From: a virus | Reading direction: 5' to 3' (one strand) | Virus record (IMG/VR): IMGVR_UViG_3300027759_000050 | Coordinates: 96,680 to 160,679 of that record | Length of the DNA stretch: 64,000 nt | Part shown: positions 44,216 through 54,470 of the stretch, in pieces | How the letters are laid out: each line of letters begins with the position of its first letter | Position numbering within the stretch: the first letter of the stretch is position 1 | Program-made: the position numbers and the translations under genes | Notes under the pieces: generated by a model | What the model saw: only the letters and a program-made list of their open reading frames with translations | What the model was told of the DNA's origin: nothing | Database searches by the model: none

Positions 44216-45150
44216 TATTTAAACTCACAGTCAACCATGATTTCAGTCAGGCAAGCAATCATATTAATCTCATGGTCTGCAACAAATGCAGACTGATACT
44301 GATACTTAGCCAAATGTAGAACTAATTGTGGAACAGAGTTTGGTTTCAACAAGTCATAGAGACCATCATAGATTTTACGATAGATTTTTGTTGGATCATT
44401 ATCCAAGTTTTGTGTAACCCATTTACGAGCTGATGCAAAGTCTTTATCTCTCAGAGCCTTAATCAAGTCTTTAAGTTGAACATCCGCGACTGCACCAAGA
44501 GCACCTTTGTCAATGACACCGGAGATAGAAAATCTTTGAAGTTCATTCAAGACCCTACGATTATCTGGAAAGTGTTTAGTGATGATTGCAGCAACAACTT
44601 CCTTGTCATACTGTACATTTTCAAGTGTAAGGATGTTTTCAATACGTTTGAAAAACTTGGAAGCCATAGAGGCTTTAGAACCATTCAATTTAAAATCAAT
44701 ACAGGTGCATCGAGAATGAATCGGTTCCATAATCCGATTTTTAAAGTTACAAGTAAAGATGAACGAACAGTTGGATGCAAATTCATCAATCACTCCACGA
44801 AACGCAGGTTGAGTTGAATTTGGATTTAGGTAGTCCGCTTCATCTACGATAACAACTTTGCGTCCACCCATCAAGGACATTGACGAGGCATAGTTCTTAA
44901 TCTTGTTTCTTAGGACATCGATGCCTGAATCATCAGAACCGTTAATCATGATGTAATCACAACCAACTTCCTGACACAAGGCTTTTGCAACAGTAGTTTT
45001 ACCAACACCAGCAGTGCCAGATAACAAGAGATTAGGTATCTCTTTACGATTCACGAATTCCTGAAATGTTGCTTTCAGTGAATCCGGAAGAATACAATCT
45101 TCAATAGTTTTTGGGCGATACTTCTCAACCCACAACATGTGTTCAGCCAT
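44215..45150 (-). CDS. gp44: clamp loader large subunit
   Basis: WVEKYRP, GVGKTT, DEAD, SRC. Confidence 0.97.
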   Translation of the reverse strand: MAEHMLWVEKYRPKTIEDCILPDSLKATFQEFVNRKEIPNLLLSGTAGVGKTTVAKALCQEVGCDYIMINGSDDSGIDVLRNKIKNYASSMSLMGGRKVVIVDEADYLNPNSTQPAFRGVIDEFASNCSFIFTCNFKNRIMEPIHSRCTCIDFKLNGSKASMASKFFKRIENILTLENVQYDKEVVAAIITKHFPDNRRVLNELQRFSISGVIDKGALGAVADVQLKDLIKALRDKDFASARKWVTQNLDNDPTKIYRKIYDGLYDLLKPNSVPQLVLHLAKYQYQSAFVADHEINMIACLTEIMVDCEFK

Positions 45151-45183
45151 TCAAAAACTCCATAATATAAAAAATTCATTGTA

Positions 45184-45519
45184 TCACACTTTACGCCAAA
45201 TGTCACCCTCCTTGACGTAAAGTTTACCATCCGGTCCTGGTTTCAAACTGACAGTAACTTCTTTTTCCGTTCCAGCCTTATAGTTTGAACCTGTATAAAG
45301 AGCATAACGTGTGTATGGATTATTATCAATTTCTCCATATTTGGCATTTAAAGAAAGAAGACTACCCTCATTAAGTTTTTTTACAATTTCATCCGAAGCA
45401 ACCTTATCATCTTTATAGACAATACGTTCACTAACTTGTTTATAACCTTCTACACCAATAGACAAAAGGCCTAAAAGGCCTAATGATTTTGCAAAACTTC
45501 TACGACCTGTTGATGTCAT
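45184..45519 (-). CDS. hypothetical protein with twin-arginine-like signal
   Basis: TGRRSFAKSLGLLGLL. Confidence 0.6.
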   Translation of the reverse strand: MTSTGRRSFAKSLGLLGLLSIGVEGYKQVSERIVYKDDKVASDEIVKKLNEGSLLSLNAKYGEIDNNPYTRYALYTGSNYKAGTEKEVTVSLKPGPDGKLYVKEGDIWRKV

Positions 45520-45791
45520 TTAGCGTCCTTGATACCTTCAATTAGAGCCTCAACTTCTTTGAATTCTGCAAAGTCTGTTGATAGTGACTGTTTGAATTCG
45601 TATACGGCAATTTTACGAATAATCTTTTTTGGAAGATTAAGTTCATCATGTGCCAAATCAATCATGTCTGCAATAGATTCATTGTTGGATTTTGTTCTAT
45701 TCATGCATGTAACAATCTCCTCGACATAACCTTTGAGGCTCTTTAATTGTTTTTCATCAAATGTGCCAAATAGTGTATTTACTGTGGTCAT
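45516..45791 (-). CDS. T4 DsbA-like dsDNA-binding protein
   Basis: 91-aa helical protein; ELNLPKKIIRKIA...KQ pattern. Confidence 0.65.
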   Translation of the reverse strand: MTTVNTLFGTFDEKQLKSLKGYVEEIVTCMNRTKSNNESIADMIDLAHDELNLPKKIIRKIAVYEFKQSLSTDFAEFKEVEALIEGIKDAK

Positions 45792-45979
45792 TTTAACTCC
45801 GCTTGTAGTTTACCAACAACTTCCAACAAAGGTTCTCTTGTTGCAACATTACCATTCAACAGGTTAATCATTGTCAATTGAATACCTTCAGGATTTTTAC
45901 CTTCAAATACAACAGAAATTTGTTTTGGATTTACAAAAATTGTGCCTTCTGTTTCGGCATCTAGAAATGGAATTAACAT
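45788..45979 (-). CDS. small beta-rich hypothetical protein
   Basis: IFVNPKQI...REPLLEVV. Confidence 0.6.
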   Translation of the reverse strand: MLIPFLDAETEGTIFVNPKQISVVFEGKNPEGIQLTMINLLNGNVATREPLLEVVGKLQAELK

Positions 45980-46650
45980 TACATTACACTTTCATTTTTT
46001 TCAAAAGCGACCCAATATTGAATGTCATCTTTTGTGTTTTTAAAATGTGCGAATCCTTTGAAGGAGATTTGCACTTCATACTCACCTGGTACCATCTTGA
46101 TGTTCTCTGTTTTGAAAACAATCTTATATGATTTACCATTGCCAGCACCAACATTGATTGAGTTGGTGTGTTGTGCATCATCTTTAGCATCATATGCAAC
46201 CAATTCAACAGATTCACCGTCAGATTGCACAGAGATATTTGGAGAAGATAACACAGAAGATGCCTTCATAATGTCAGCATAGTCTTCAGAGGTGAAAGTG
46301 AAAGAACAATCAACTTCATCCAATTTGATTTCTTTATTTGGAGGAGTGACAATCATTTCCTTTGCAGCTTTACGGAACTTAGTCTTACGGCGACCTCCGT
46401 TAAAAATAACATTTGCAGAATCGAATTCCAGTTCTGTTGCATCTTTAAACAAAGAATACACAGACAAGAATTGGTTCAAATCATACACACAGAAATCTTC
46501 AGGAAAATCATCCTTGAGGATCGCCTGTGCAAGTACAGATTTACCTGCGGAAATTGTGGTAAGTTTATTACCTTTTTTAAATTCAATACCCTGATTGATT
46601 GATGAGAAATTCTTCAATACACTTAGGGTTTCATTTGATAGTTTCATCAT
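45979..46650 (-). CDS. gp45: sliding clamp
   Basis: MKLSNETLSVLKNFSSIN...YDLNQFL...YWVAFE. Confidence 0.96.
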   Translation of the reverse strand: MMKLSNETLSVLKNFSSINQGIEFKKGNKLTTISAGKSVLAQAILKDDFPEDFCVYDLNQFLSVYSLFKDATELEFDSANVIFNGGRRKTKFRKAAKEMIVTPPNKEIKLDEVDCSFTFTSEDYADIMKASSVLSSPNISVQSDGESVELVAYDAKDDAQHTNSINVGAGNGKSYKIVFKTENIKMVPGEYEVQISFKGFAHFKNTKDDIQYWVAFEKNESVM

Positions 46651-46972
46651 TTTTCTCCATTACAAAATTTTCATTAGAATACATTATATCATGTTCATAC
46701 AGAAACATCAAGCAGCACATAGCGTGTGCCAAGTGATGTATGCCAGATTCAGGATCATTAATTTCACCTTTTTTCCAGGCCCATACATGTCTTTGTAATG
46801 CATCATAGTACCTGCGTTTTGAATCGGGTACTTTTTTCCAATTATCACGTTCATATTTCTGAGCACCAAAAGTTAAAACTCTAACAGTTTCTTCTAGTGC
46901 TAAAGGTGGAAGTAAACCATATTCTAACTTGTTAGCATCAAATTTACGACCAGCCTCCAACATTTTAGGCAT
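46631..46972 (-). CDS. dATP/dGTP diphosphohydrolase domain protein (DUF5664)
   Basis: GAQKYERDNW...DPESGIHHLAHA; start MPKML. Confidence 0.85.
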   Translation of the reverse strand: MPKMLEAGRKFDANKLEYGLLPPLALEETVRVLTFGAQKYERDNWKKVPDSKRRYYDALQRHVWAWKKGEINDPESGIHHLAHAMCCLMFLYEHDIMYSNENFVMEKNDETIK

Positions 46973-47769
46973 TACATTTCTCCAACATAATTGGCAACAG
47001 CCGGCATATCTCCATGGAAATGATAAGTACCAATGTGTTGAGTACGCATCCAAGGACACAGCCAAATTGAACCACCCATGTTTCTCCACCATTGACAGAA
47101 CATATAATCTTCTGATAGATAACGCTCAGAACCTTTATCAATTACTGTATCAAAATATGCATGGATATATCTTGAACCATCAAAGTTTGCCTGACCTACA
47201 TGGTCGGGTTTGTATTTAAGTTCAGGATATTGTGTAGCAAATTTAGGAAATACTTCACGTTTAATCATCATAAAACCTGTACCAATTTCCAACACTTCTA
47301 GTGGTTCATGTACAGAGAATTGCTGAGTTCCTTTAACAGGATTGAAAACGAAATCACCTGCAACTTTTTCTAGTTCTTGTGCTTCAAGTGTTGGGTTTCG
47401 TTCAAGAGCTTTCTTAACTGCTCTCCATTTGATGGCTTTCTTTGGATAAGGACCACCAATAACATCTTTATTCAATGCTAACATTGCGATAACATCTTGT
47501 GGATTGAAATTAATATCCGAATCGATGAACAACATATGTGTACATTCGGAACGATTCAAGAATTCATCCACCAAATAATTCCTTGCCCGTGTAATCAAAG
47601 ATTCATTGAACAAGAAAGAGAACTTTACCTGGACTCCATATTGCATACAGAGACCTTGCAAGTCCAAACACGCTTTCATATACAGACCATGGTTCATACC
47701 ACCGTACATAGGTGTTGCTACAAAGAGACTGTATTTTCTAAGTTCTTCTGTTTTAATATTTATTTCCAT
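46972..47769 (-). CDS. GT-A fold glycosyltransferase-like protein
   Basis: VATPMYGG, ESLITRARN, LFIDSD, GTGFM, LSEDY. Confidence 0.75.
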   Translation of the reverse strand: MEINIKTEELRKYSLFVATPMYGGMNHGLYMKACLDLQGLCMQYGVQVKFSFLFNESLITRARNYLVDEFLNRSECTHMLFIDSDINFNPQDVIAMLALNKDVIGGPYPKKAIKWRAVKKALERNPTLEAQELEKVAGDFVFNPVKGTQQFSVHEPLEVLEIGTGFMMIKREVFPKFATQYPELKYKPDHVGQANFDGSRYIHAYFDTVIDKGSERYLSEDYMFCQWWRNMGGSIWLCPWMRTQHIGTYHFHGDMPAVANYVGEM

Positions 47770-47790
47770 GTAAACTCCATTAAAATAGGG

Positions 47791-47817
47791 AAAACCACTC
47801 CCGCAGAGAAGTGGTTT
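47791..47817 (-). terminator. hairpin / intrinsic terminator
   Basis: AAACCACTTC...GGAGTGGTTTT. Confidence 0.55.
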
Positions 47818-47829
47818 ATGATTTGCTTA

Positions 47830-48099
47830 TTAAGCAGTTAGTGAGTAACCTGCGCTCATTGCAGCTTTAACCATTGCTTTGGTTGGGGAACCAAGGCGGT
47901 AAAAACTAATTTTTTCGCCGCTTTCTGTGTAACGGGTGTTAGTGTAGATAACATGGCCTTCTTTACGAAGTTCTTCAACCCGTGCAGAAACATTCTTGAT
48001 GCCGAAACGGCGTTGTGCAGATTTAACCGTGAAGGTGTTGTAACCCTCGGTTTGTTTAAGTGCGTTCAAGATTTTTTGTTTTGCGGAAACTTTTTCCAT
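47830..48099 (-). CDS. winged-helix DNA-binding protein
   Basis: FGIKNVSARVEELRKEGHVIY; start MEKVS after GGAG. Confidence 0.75.
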   Translation of the reverse strand: MEKVSAKQKILNALKQTEGYNTFTVKSAQRRFGIKNVSARVEELRKEGHVIYTNTRYTESGEKISFYRLGSPTKAMVKAAMSAGYSLTA

Positions 48100-48148
48100 A
48101 ATATAACTCCAATAATTTAAAAAAACCTCACATTGCGTGAGTGTCACC

Positions 48149-48177
48149 ATCATACATTTATATATGACATTTGTCAA
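48149..48177 (-). promoter_or_regulatory. sigma70-type promoter
   Basis: TTGACA-17 nt-TATGAT with TG extension. Confidence 0.8.
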
Positions 48178-48199
48178 GCATATTTGTGGTATACTTGTT

Positions 48200-49465
48200 T
48201 TACCTGCCAACTTGTGGCAAATACTTTGCCTTGGTTTCTTCCCAAGACAAATAGATTAGGTCATCATAGAAAAGATTTTCATACGATACCTTATTTTGTT
48301 TCTGTAATTGCCGAATACGGCCTTTTGCATACTTTGTTTTCCAAATATTAGACAAAGTTTCTTCACTTGTATCAAAAGATTTTACCAGTTCTGCATCACC
48401 TATTTCTTTGCGTAGAAATTCGTTGGTGTTATTATACAACGGAGAAAAATAAATTCCACGTTGGTGTTCGGTACGAATCAGTTCTTTAGGAATACCAAGC
48501 TTAGAATATGCATAATTCAATGAACGATTCTTGTGGTCACGCTTCAATGGAAGTCCTTGTGGGTTTTTTGCTTCCCACCACTCAAAGTATTTTCTTGGTT
48601 CATTTTCTTTAATCCAATCAAACACCATATTGCGGGTAGAACGAGAAGGTTCAAATGCAACTGATCCAGAAGAAAATCCCATTTTCTGCCAATGTTCCAA
48701 ACCATCATATTGAGAAAGCCCGTTGGCTTTTGTTTTTCCATATAGTGACGTTGTAGTAACCCCAACAAGAGTGTCTCCATATCTTTCTTTCCAATCTTTC
48801 TGTACTGTATCGGCCAAACACAATAGTGCCAGCAATTTACCACCCATGTAACTGTAACCAAGGGGTTGCAATGGGACAATAGTAGAACCAATTGCTGTAT
48901 GGTTAATCATACTCTGTTGTGTCTTAACATCCCTAGACCATCCAATCGCAGTATCTCTAGGTGTAAGGTCGAGAAAGTCGGAAGATATGCAAATGACGCC
49001 AAGATACTTGTCTGTCACGCCATCTTTGACTGTGTAGAATAGATTACGACCAATGTTTGAGTTGTTCTTCATTGTAGAAGAAAATGTACGGACTGCATTC
49101 CATGTTTCCGCAAGTTCACCATTGGAAAGTTCTAATACAGGTTGTAATTTTTCATAGTCATCAGGACCAGTTGGCATCCAAAAGTTCTTTTTAACTTTAT
49201 CAATTATTTTAGATTGCTCTTTATCAATCAATTGTTGTTCTTCGCCATCAAATAATGTAAAGGTTGTTTCTGTTGGATAACGCTCTTTCACTTCAACCCA
49301 TTTTTGATACAGTGTATACTCTTTTACATCCATTTTAGATGCATAAGTTAAATCTTCAATCAGAATTTTTTTCAGATTGTCAACATCAATGTGTTCATGT
49401 TTTGGATTTTTCTCCAACCAATCATCCCATTGTTTTTCTACAGGATCAATTTGCGGTTTTGCCAT
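48200..49465 (-). CDS. DUF4338 / DruA-like protein (second paralogue)
   Basis: IVPLQPLGYSYMGGKLLA...TTTSLYGK...SQYDG. Confidence 0.78.
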   Translation of the reverse strand: MAKPQIDPVEKQWDDWLEKNPKHEHIDVDNLKKILIEDLTYASKMDVKEYTLYQKWVEVKERYPTETTFTLFDGEEQQLIDKEQSKIIDKVKKNFWMPTGPDDYEKLQPVLELSNGELAETWNAVRTFSSTMKNNSNIGRNLFYTVKDGVTDKYLGVICISSDFLDLTPRDTAIGWSRDVKTQQSMINHTAIGSTIVPLQPLGYSYMGGKLLALLCLADTVQKDWKERYGDTLVGVTTTSLYGKTKANGLSQYDGLEHWQKMGFSSGSVAFEPSRSTRNMVFDWIKENEPRKYFEWWEAKNPQGLPLKRDHKNRSLNYAYSKLGIPKELIRTEHQRGIYFSPLYNNTNEFLRKEIGDAELVKSFDTSEETLSNIWKTKYAKGRIRQLQKQNKVSYENLFYDDLIYLSWEETKAKYLPQVGR

Positions 49466-50084
49466 CGTTCAGTTTCTCAATTTTTTTCATCATGTTCATA
49501 TAGTTAGCTTGAGCTTTAGAAATTTCTCTAATTGTTTTCTGGCGTTTTTCTTGTCCAGATTTAAGTGCCAAAGGTTTTGCACGGTCAGTATATACTATTC
49601 CGTCCATGTGGTCAAGCTCATGGAGAAAACATCTTGCAGATATACCATTAAGTTTTGTGGTATGTTTTGCACCCACAAAGTCTTGGTATTCTACCACAAT
49701 CTCTTGAGGTCTGGTAATTCTAAGACCTAAAAGTGGAAAAGATAAACATCCCTCAATCATGTGTGATTCACCTTCGGAAGAAATAACCTTAGGATTAAAA
49801 AATGCCACATAATCATCATTTGCACCCATAACAAAAACACGATAATTAAAACCACATTGGTTTGCAGATAATCCCAATCCTTTATTCTTCTTACAAGTTT
49901 CTACCAACGTAGATGCAAACTCATTAGCATTCACGGGAGGATTTTGAAAGTCAAACTCTGGCATTTTTTGCCTAAGAATTTTTGAACTTTCATCAACCAA
50001 ATCAAAAATTTTAGGTTCTTGTTTTGTTGCTGTTGTACTTTTTTTTACAACTTCTTCTGTACTGTATTTAAATACTTCACTCAT
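49446..50084 (-). CDS. def: peptide deformylase
   Basis: GLGLSANQ, EGCLS, HELDH; start MSEVF. Confidence 0.95.
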   Translation of the reverse strand: MSEVFKYSTEEVVKKSTTATKQEPKIFDLVDESSKILRQKMPEFDFQNPPVNANEFASTLVETCKKNKGLGLSANQCGFNYRVFVMGANDDYVAFFNPKVISSEGESHMIEGCLSFPLLGLRITRPQEIVVEYQDFVGAKHTTKLNGISARCFLHELDHMDGIVYTDRAKPLALKSGQEKRQKTIREISKAQANYMNMMKKIEKLNDGKTAN

Positions 50085-51219
50085 TTTCATTCTCCTCGTC
50101 ATCAAAATCTGCAATGTTAAAAACTGAATTTAAATTTCTATTTGTAAGATAGTTGTTGTTTATATTTTGGTCCGTTTTACCAAAAATGATAAGTTTATTC
50201 ATATCTTCACAAATTTCTTCAATGTTAGATGGAATACAACCATATAGATAAATCTTATTTGTATTTGGTGTAATTCTTTCAAAAAATGCATTTGACATTT
50301 CATCCAAATGTGTATGGAATTTATCTTTGAAAGAGAGAATGCAAGAGATGTATGATTTCTGCAAATCTTGTCCTGTCAACTTACTCACATAAGGAACAAC
50401 ACGAATCTCTTTGTTTGGATTCTGTTTAGACAATTTTGCAGCATGAGATATTGCTTTCAATGGAGAATTTGAAACATAAGGCATGTATATTACAGTTGGT
50501 GTTTCAATGTAGTTATTTCCTTCTAACCAAGATTGTGCCTCTTTTGAACTTGCAAAAACCACTGGTAAAAGTTTATTATTTTTAAACGAATCGGCACGTT
50601 GATATATCCTATCAGCTAACTCAAATCTTTTTGTTTGAGAGAATTTTCCATTGCCTAGGCATTTGTTGATCCATTTTCTAATGTCTTGGATATTTAATTC
50701 CAAATTACCATTAGTGATTGCTCTAAATGCTCCTTGAAGTAGGTCATCTTCCAATATTAATCCAGCTGTTGGTGTATCTTCACCCGCATTCAGTCGGTAA
50801 GACAGTTTTTCTTCTTCATGCTCATCAATTTTGATAACAGCGCAAATTCTATTTTTAAATTTCTTTTCTTTTAAGATTTTATCTTTGGTTCGGCCATCGA
50901 CTATTAAAAATTTTCCACCAGCGGTTCGTTTAACGAAAATAGGTTTACAATACAATTTCCATCCAGAATCTAAAATATCCGATTTTAAACTAAGATACAT
51001 TGGATTTAAGCCACCAACACGAAATGATTGTGAAGAACCATATCCCTCTCTTTGAATTAAATTATCATCTACTAGAAAGAAACCTTCAAATTGTAATGAT
51101 TCAAATTCTTCATTGCTATAGAATTGGGGAAATGTATTTTTAGAAATGTGTTCTTTTACGAATTTTAAATTTTCTTCCGAAAAAGATCCATATTCTTTAA
51201 TTGTGATGATTGATTCCAT
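50077..51219 (-). CDS. hypothetical protein with ParB/Srx-like N-terminal motif
   Basis: KPIFV...FLIVDGRTK. Confidence 0.55.
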   Translation of the reverse strand: MESIITIKEYGSFSEENLKFVKEHISKNTFPQFYSNEEFESLQFEGFFLVDDNLIQREGYGSSQSFRVGGLNPMYLSLKSDILDSGWKLYCKPIFVKRTAGGKFLIVDGRTKDKILKEKKFKNRICAVIKIDEHEEEKLSYRLNAGEDTPTAGLILEDDLLQGAFRAITNGNLELNIQDIRKWINKCLGNGKFSQTKRFELADRIYQRADSFKNNKLLPVVFASSKEAQSWLEGNNYIETPTVIYMPYVSNSPLKAISHAAKLSKQNPNKEIRVVPYVSKLTGQDLQKSYISCILSFKDKFHTHLDEMSNAFFERITPNTNKIYLYGCIPSNIEEICEDMNKLIIFGKTDQNINNNYLTNRNLNSVFNIADFDDEENENE

Positions 51220-51293
51220 TATAAACTCCTGTTAAAGATTTGAGTATTTTTTAGTTACTCTGTTCATTTTACTGAACATTAAAAAGGTAAATT

Positions 51294-53009
51294 TTACTTT
51301 ACCACCTGTGAAAAATTATTTTTCTTTTCAAATTTTACGATAGACCTAAACTTGTCAAAGAGTTGGTCGCCTTTGTGGGAGATAACAAATATGTTTGTAT
51401 CTTGTCCCATTTCATGTATCAGTTTCAAAAATTCATCTGTACCTACTGTATCTAGGCTAGAATCAAACACCTCATCCAGTATCAATAGATTTGTGTTTGT
51501 TGAATTCTTTAGTTTTGCAATTTGTCTCCATGTGAACAGTAGAGCCAAATCAATACGCATCTTTTCACCTTCAGAGAAGTTGGAATAACTAAACTCATCA
51601 CGGTGCCTAGATTTGATTGTTTCTTCAAAGTTCTCATTCAGGTTAAAGTTAACAAAAAAGTCCATTGCTTTTAGGTACTTGTTGACAAACTTGTTTATGA
51701 TTGGCAAATACTGTTTGATAATCTTAGTCTTGATACCATTATCCTTCAACAAAGAAGCTGCATACTCATGGTAGTGTTTATCTACAGACAGATTTTCTTG
51801 TTCTTTTTCTAATTTGGCCAAATCCAATTTAAGCTCTTTTAACTTTTCATTTTCATCTGTTAAGTTGTCCTTGCGGTCACCCAACTCTTTAATTTCTCTG
51901 TTCAGTTTAATAATGTATTTGTTCACCGCGGAGATTGTGGAGTTGTGTTTAACCACCTCATTGTTGTGTTCTGTTATGTGTTTGTTGATAGCAATTATTT
52001 CATTTGTTCTGGTAGTAAGTTTTGCCATTTCTTCTGTAATGGATTTCAATGCACCTTCTATTTCCGTTTTCTTATTCTGCTTTTCTTGTACCTGAGAATT
52101 TTTCCATTCTGTGGTAATTACTTGTTTACATGTAGGACAGTCATCATTGTGTTCATAGAATTGAACATCTTTTTCCACCTTTAAATATGTGGATGACATT
52201 TTAGCTTCAACCTGTACAAACTTTTTGTATCGTTTTTCAACATCCAATTTGTCAGTGATTTTGGTGGATAATTTTTCAATATGTTTACTAATCAGTGAAA
52301 TATCTTTTGTCAACTTTGAGTTAATTAACTCATTGTCTACAATTTCCTGTTTCTTTTTGGCAATTTCTTCATCATTGTTTTTCTTATGTTCTTCGATGTT
52401 GTGTTCCTGCAACAGTATTTTTTCATTCACCAGTTCAAGTGCATACTTTGTTTTTGTTGTGGATTCTTTGATTGTCGCCATTCTTTCTTTGATTAGACCA
52501 TTCATTGAAGTGAAAATTTGAATATCCAACAATTCTTCTATGATAGTACGCCGGTCAGCTGGTGACAATTGCATGAATGGTACAAAAGATGCCGATCCGA
52601 GTATAACAATTTGAGTAAAAGATTTGAAATTAAACTTCAAAATCGATTTTTCTAAGAAATCTTGATAATCTTTAGCCCTGGCATCTTGATTTACCAGAAT
52701 AGAATTGCAGTAAATTTCGAATGTATTTGGTTTAATACCACGAATAATCTTGTATTGTTTTTTACCAATAGTGAATTCAACTTCAACTACTGCATCAGAG
52801 TTGTTAATTGAATTTACAAGATTTGGTTTGTTAATCTTACGAAAAGGTTTACCAAAAAGACCAAAGCACAATGCATCAAGAATTGTACTTTTGCCTGCAC
52901 CGTTGTTGCCAATAATCAAGGTGTTTGTTGATTTATTGAGTTTGATTTCAGTAAACGTATTGCCCGTGGACAATAGGTTCTTCCATCTAATCGTCTGGAA
53001 AATAATCAT
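51294..53009 (-). CDS. gp46: recombination endonuclease subunit (Rad50/SbcC-like)
   Basis: GNNGAGKS, CPTC hook, FSEGE, LDEVFD. Confidence 0.97.
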   Translation of the reverse strand: MIIFQTIRWKNLLSTGNTFTEIKLNKSTNTLIIGNNGAGKSTILDALCFGLFGKPFRKINKPNLVNSINNSDAVVEVEFTIGKKQYKIIRGIKPNTFEIYCNSILVNQDARAKDYQDFLEKSILKFNFKSFTQIVILGSASFVPFMQLSPADRRTIIEELLDIQIFTSMNGLIKERMATIKESTTKTKYALELVNEKILLQEHNIEEHKKNNDEEIAKKKQEIVDNELINSKLTKDISLISKHIEKLSTKITDKLDVEKRYKKFVQVEAKMSSTYLKVEKDVQFYEHNDDCPTCKQVITTEWKNSQVQEKQNKKTEIEGALKSITEEMAKLTTRTNEIIAINKHITEHNNEVVKHNSTISAVNKYIIKLNREIKELGDRKDNLTDENEKLKELKLDLAKLEKEQENLSVDKHYHEYAASLLKDNGIKTKIIKQYLPIINKFVNKYLKAMDFFVNFNLNENFEETIKSRHRDEFSYSNFSEGEKMRIDLALLFTWRQIAKLKNSTNTNLLILDEVFDSSLDTVGTDEFLKLIHEMGQDTNIFVISHKGDQLFDKFRSIVKFEKKNNFSQVVK

Positions 53010-54076
53010 GCTTGTTCTAAGTTCAATGCCTCAACATAAAGTTCTTTTAACATAGTCTTTAGTTTTGTGTTATCGATGCCAGAGTTTTCCAATGCATCAA
53101 CGTATTTGTTAATGATGGTTATAGTATCCTCTGCTTCATCTATCTTATCATCTTCTACACCTTCTGTCAAGTCTAAAGCGTCTTCAATGATGGTAATATC
53201 GAGTGGATTTACCATGTAGAGTTTGTTCATAAACTGGTCGAACAGATATGGATTGGTCTTATTGACAGCAACCACTTTGACATAAGAACCGGCAAACTTA
53301 CTCAAGTCTTTTGCCATAACTTCTTGGATTGTTTCTGCTTTGTCATCATAGACAATTCTATGAAACATCACATTTGGATTTTTTATGAAAGTAAGTTCTT
53401 TGCTGCCAAAGTCAAAGATGTGAAAGCCCCTGTCATCACCATAATCTTGCCAAGTAAGCTCATACGGGTTCCCGAGATAATATATGTCGTTAGCATTAGA
53501 TTTATGATGATAATGCCCACTAAAAGTGTGTGTAAACTTCCTGAATAATTCACGATTCAATCCTTCTTCAGATGGCATGCCACGATGCATGGCAAAACCT
53601 GCAATTTCAAAATGTCCCATGCATATCTCTGCATCGGTTTCTTTAAGTGTGTCCATACTATCTTCATAATTTTCTGCACAAATCCAAGGCATCATACAAA
53701 CTTTATGAGGACCAACATAGATGTTTGATGGATGGTCAATCACATTAATATTGCCATATTCCCTCAATAACAAATCTACCGAGTTAACGTCATTGGTGTT
53801 CTTGAAATATGTATCGTGGTTGCCCGCCAACATATGTACATTAATACCTAGATTGAATAACTTCTCAAAGAACATTTCTTTTGTTCGTTTGAGTGAGTAG
53901 AAGTTTACATATTTGCGTCTATCAAACGTGTCACCAAGAATAAGGACAGTATTAATACCGGCACTTGCGATAGCAGGAAAAAATGTTTCATTATAAAATT
54001 TTTCATAGTAATCCAAAAAGTGAACGGAGTCATTCCTGGCTCCAAAATGTTGATCCGTGATTATCGCTACTTTCAT
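53006..54076 (-). CDS. gp47: recombination endonuclease subunit (Mre11/SbcD-like)
   Basis: TDQHFG, GDTFD, GNHD, SGHYH. Confidence 0.97.
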   Translation of the reverse strand: MKVAIITDQHFGARNDSVHFLDYYEKFYNETFFPAIASAGINTVLILGDTFDRRKYVNFYSLKRTKEMFFEKLFNLGINVHMLAGNHDTYFKNTNDVNSVDLLLREYGNINVIDHPSNIYVGPHKVCMMPWICAENYEDSMDTLKETDAEICMGHFEIAGFAMHRGMPSEEGLNRELFRKFTHTFSGHYHHKSNANDIYYLGNPYELTWQDYGDDRGFHIFDFGSKELTFIKNPNVMFHRIVYDDKAETIQEVMAKDLSKFAGSYVKVVAVNKTNPYLFDQFMNKLYMVNPLDITIIEDALDLTEGVEDDKIDEAEDTITIINKYVDALENSGIDNTKLKTMLKELYVEALNLEQA

Positions 54077-54470
54077 ATTCGCACATTACCCTATCTGTAA
54101 GTCTCGCAATTCTTTTGCGGTATTCAAACCCTAACAAACTTGCCTTGTTGCCCTCTGCGTAAGGAGGATTCTTACCTCTACTTGTATATTGTCCGGCAGT
54201 CAAGTCTATAATCTTGTTTTCTTTGTCCAATGCCCACCAATGCCATACACCTTCATAGTCTAAAGCTTTATAAGTGTGCATTGCTTTATAACCAAATATT
54301 TTATATAAACAACCAGTAGCATTATGGCAATGACCAAATAATGGATTGGTGGAGTTTTTACCCCACCATTTCCTAGGTAACAGGTCATAGGTTAAGTTTT
54401 TAAGGATTAATCCAGAAATTATACCAAGGTTTTTCTCATTATAATCTAAAAGGTCCATGTTGTCAAGCAA
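54030..54470 (-). CDS. hypothetical protein, possible transglutaminase/papain-like triad
   Basis: GHCH...HWW...IDLT spacing. Confidence 0.55.
   Translation of the reverse strand: MLDNMDLLDYNEKNLGIISGLILKNLTYDLLPRKWWGKNSTNPLFGHCHNATGCLYKIFGYKAMHTYKALDYEGVWHWWALDKENKIIDLTAGQYTSRGKNPPYAEGNKASLLGFEYRKRIARLTDRVMCEYESSDNHGSTFWSQE

Noticed and set aside
46631-46972. Evidence for a 2-aminoadenine (Z) genome from the DUF5664 gene
   Set aside because: No purZ or datZ is visible in this window, and the domain alone is insufficient.
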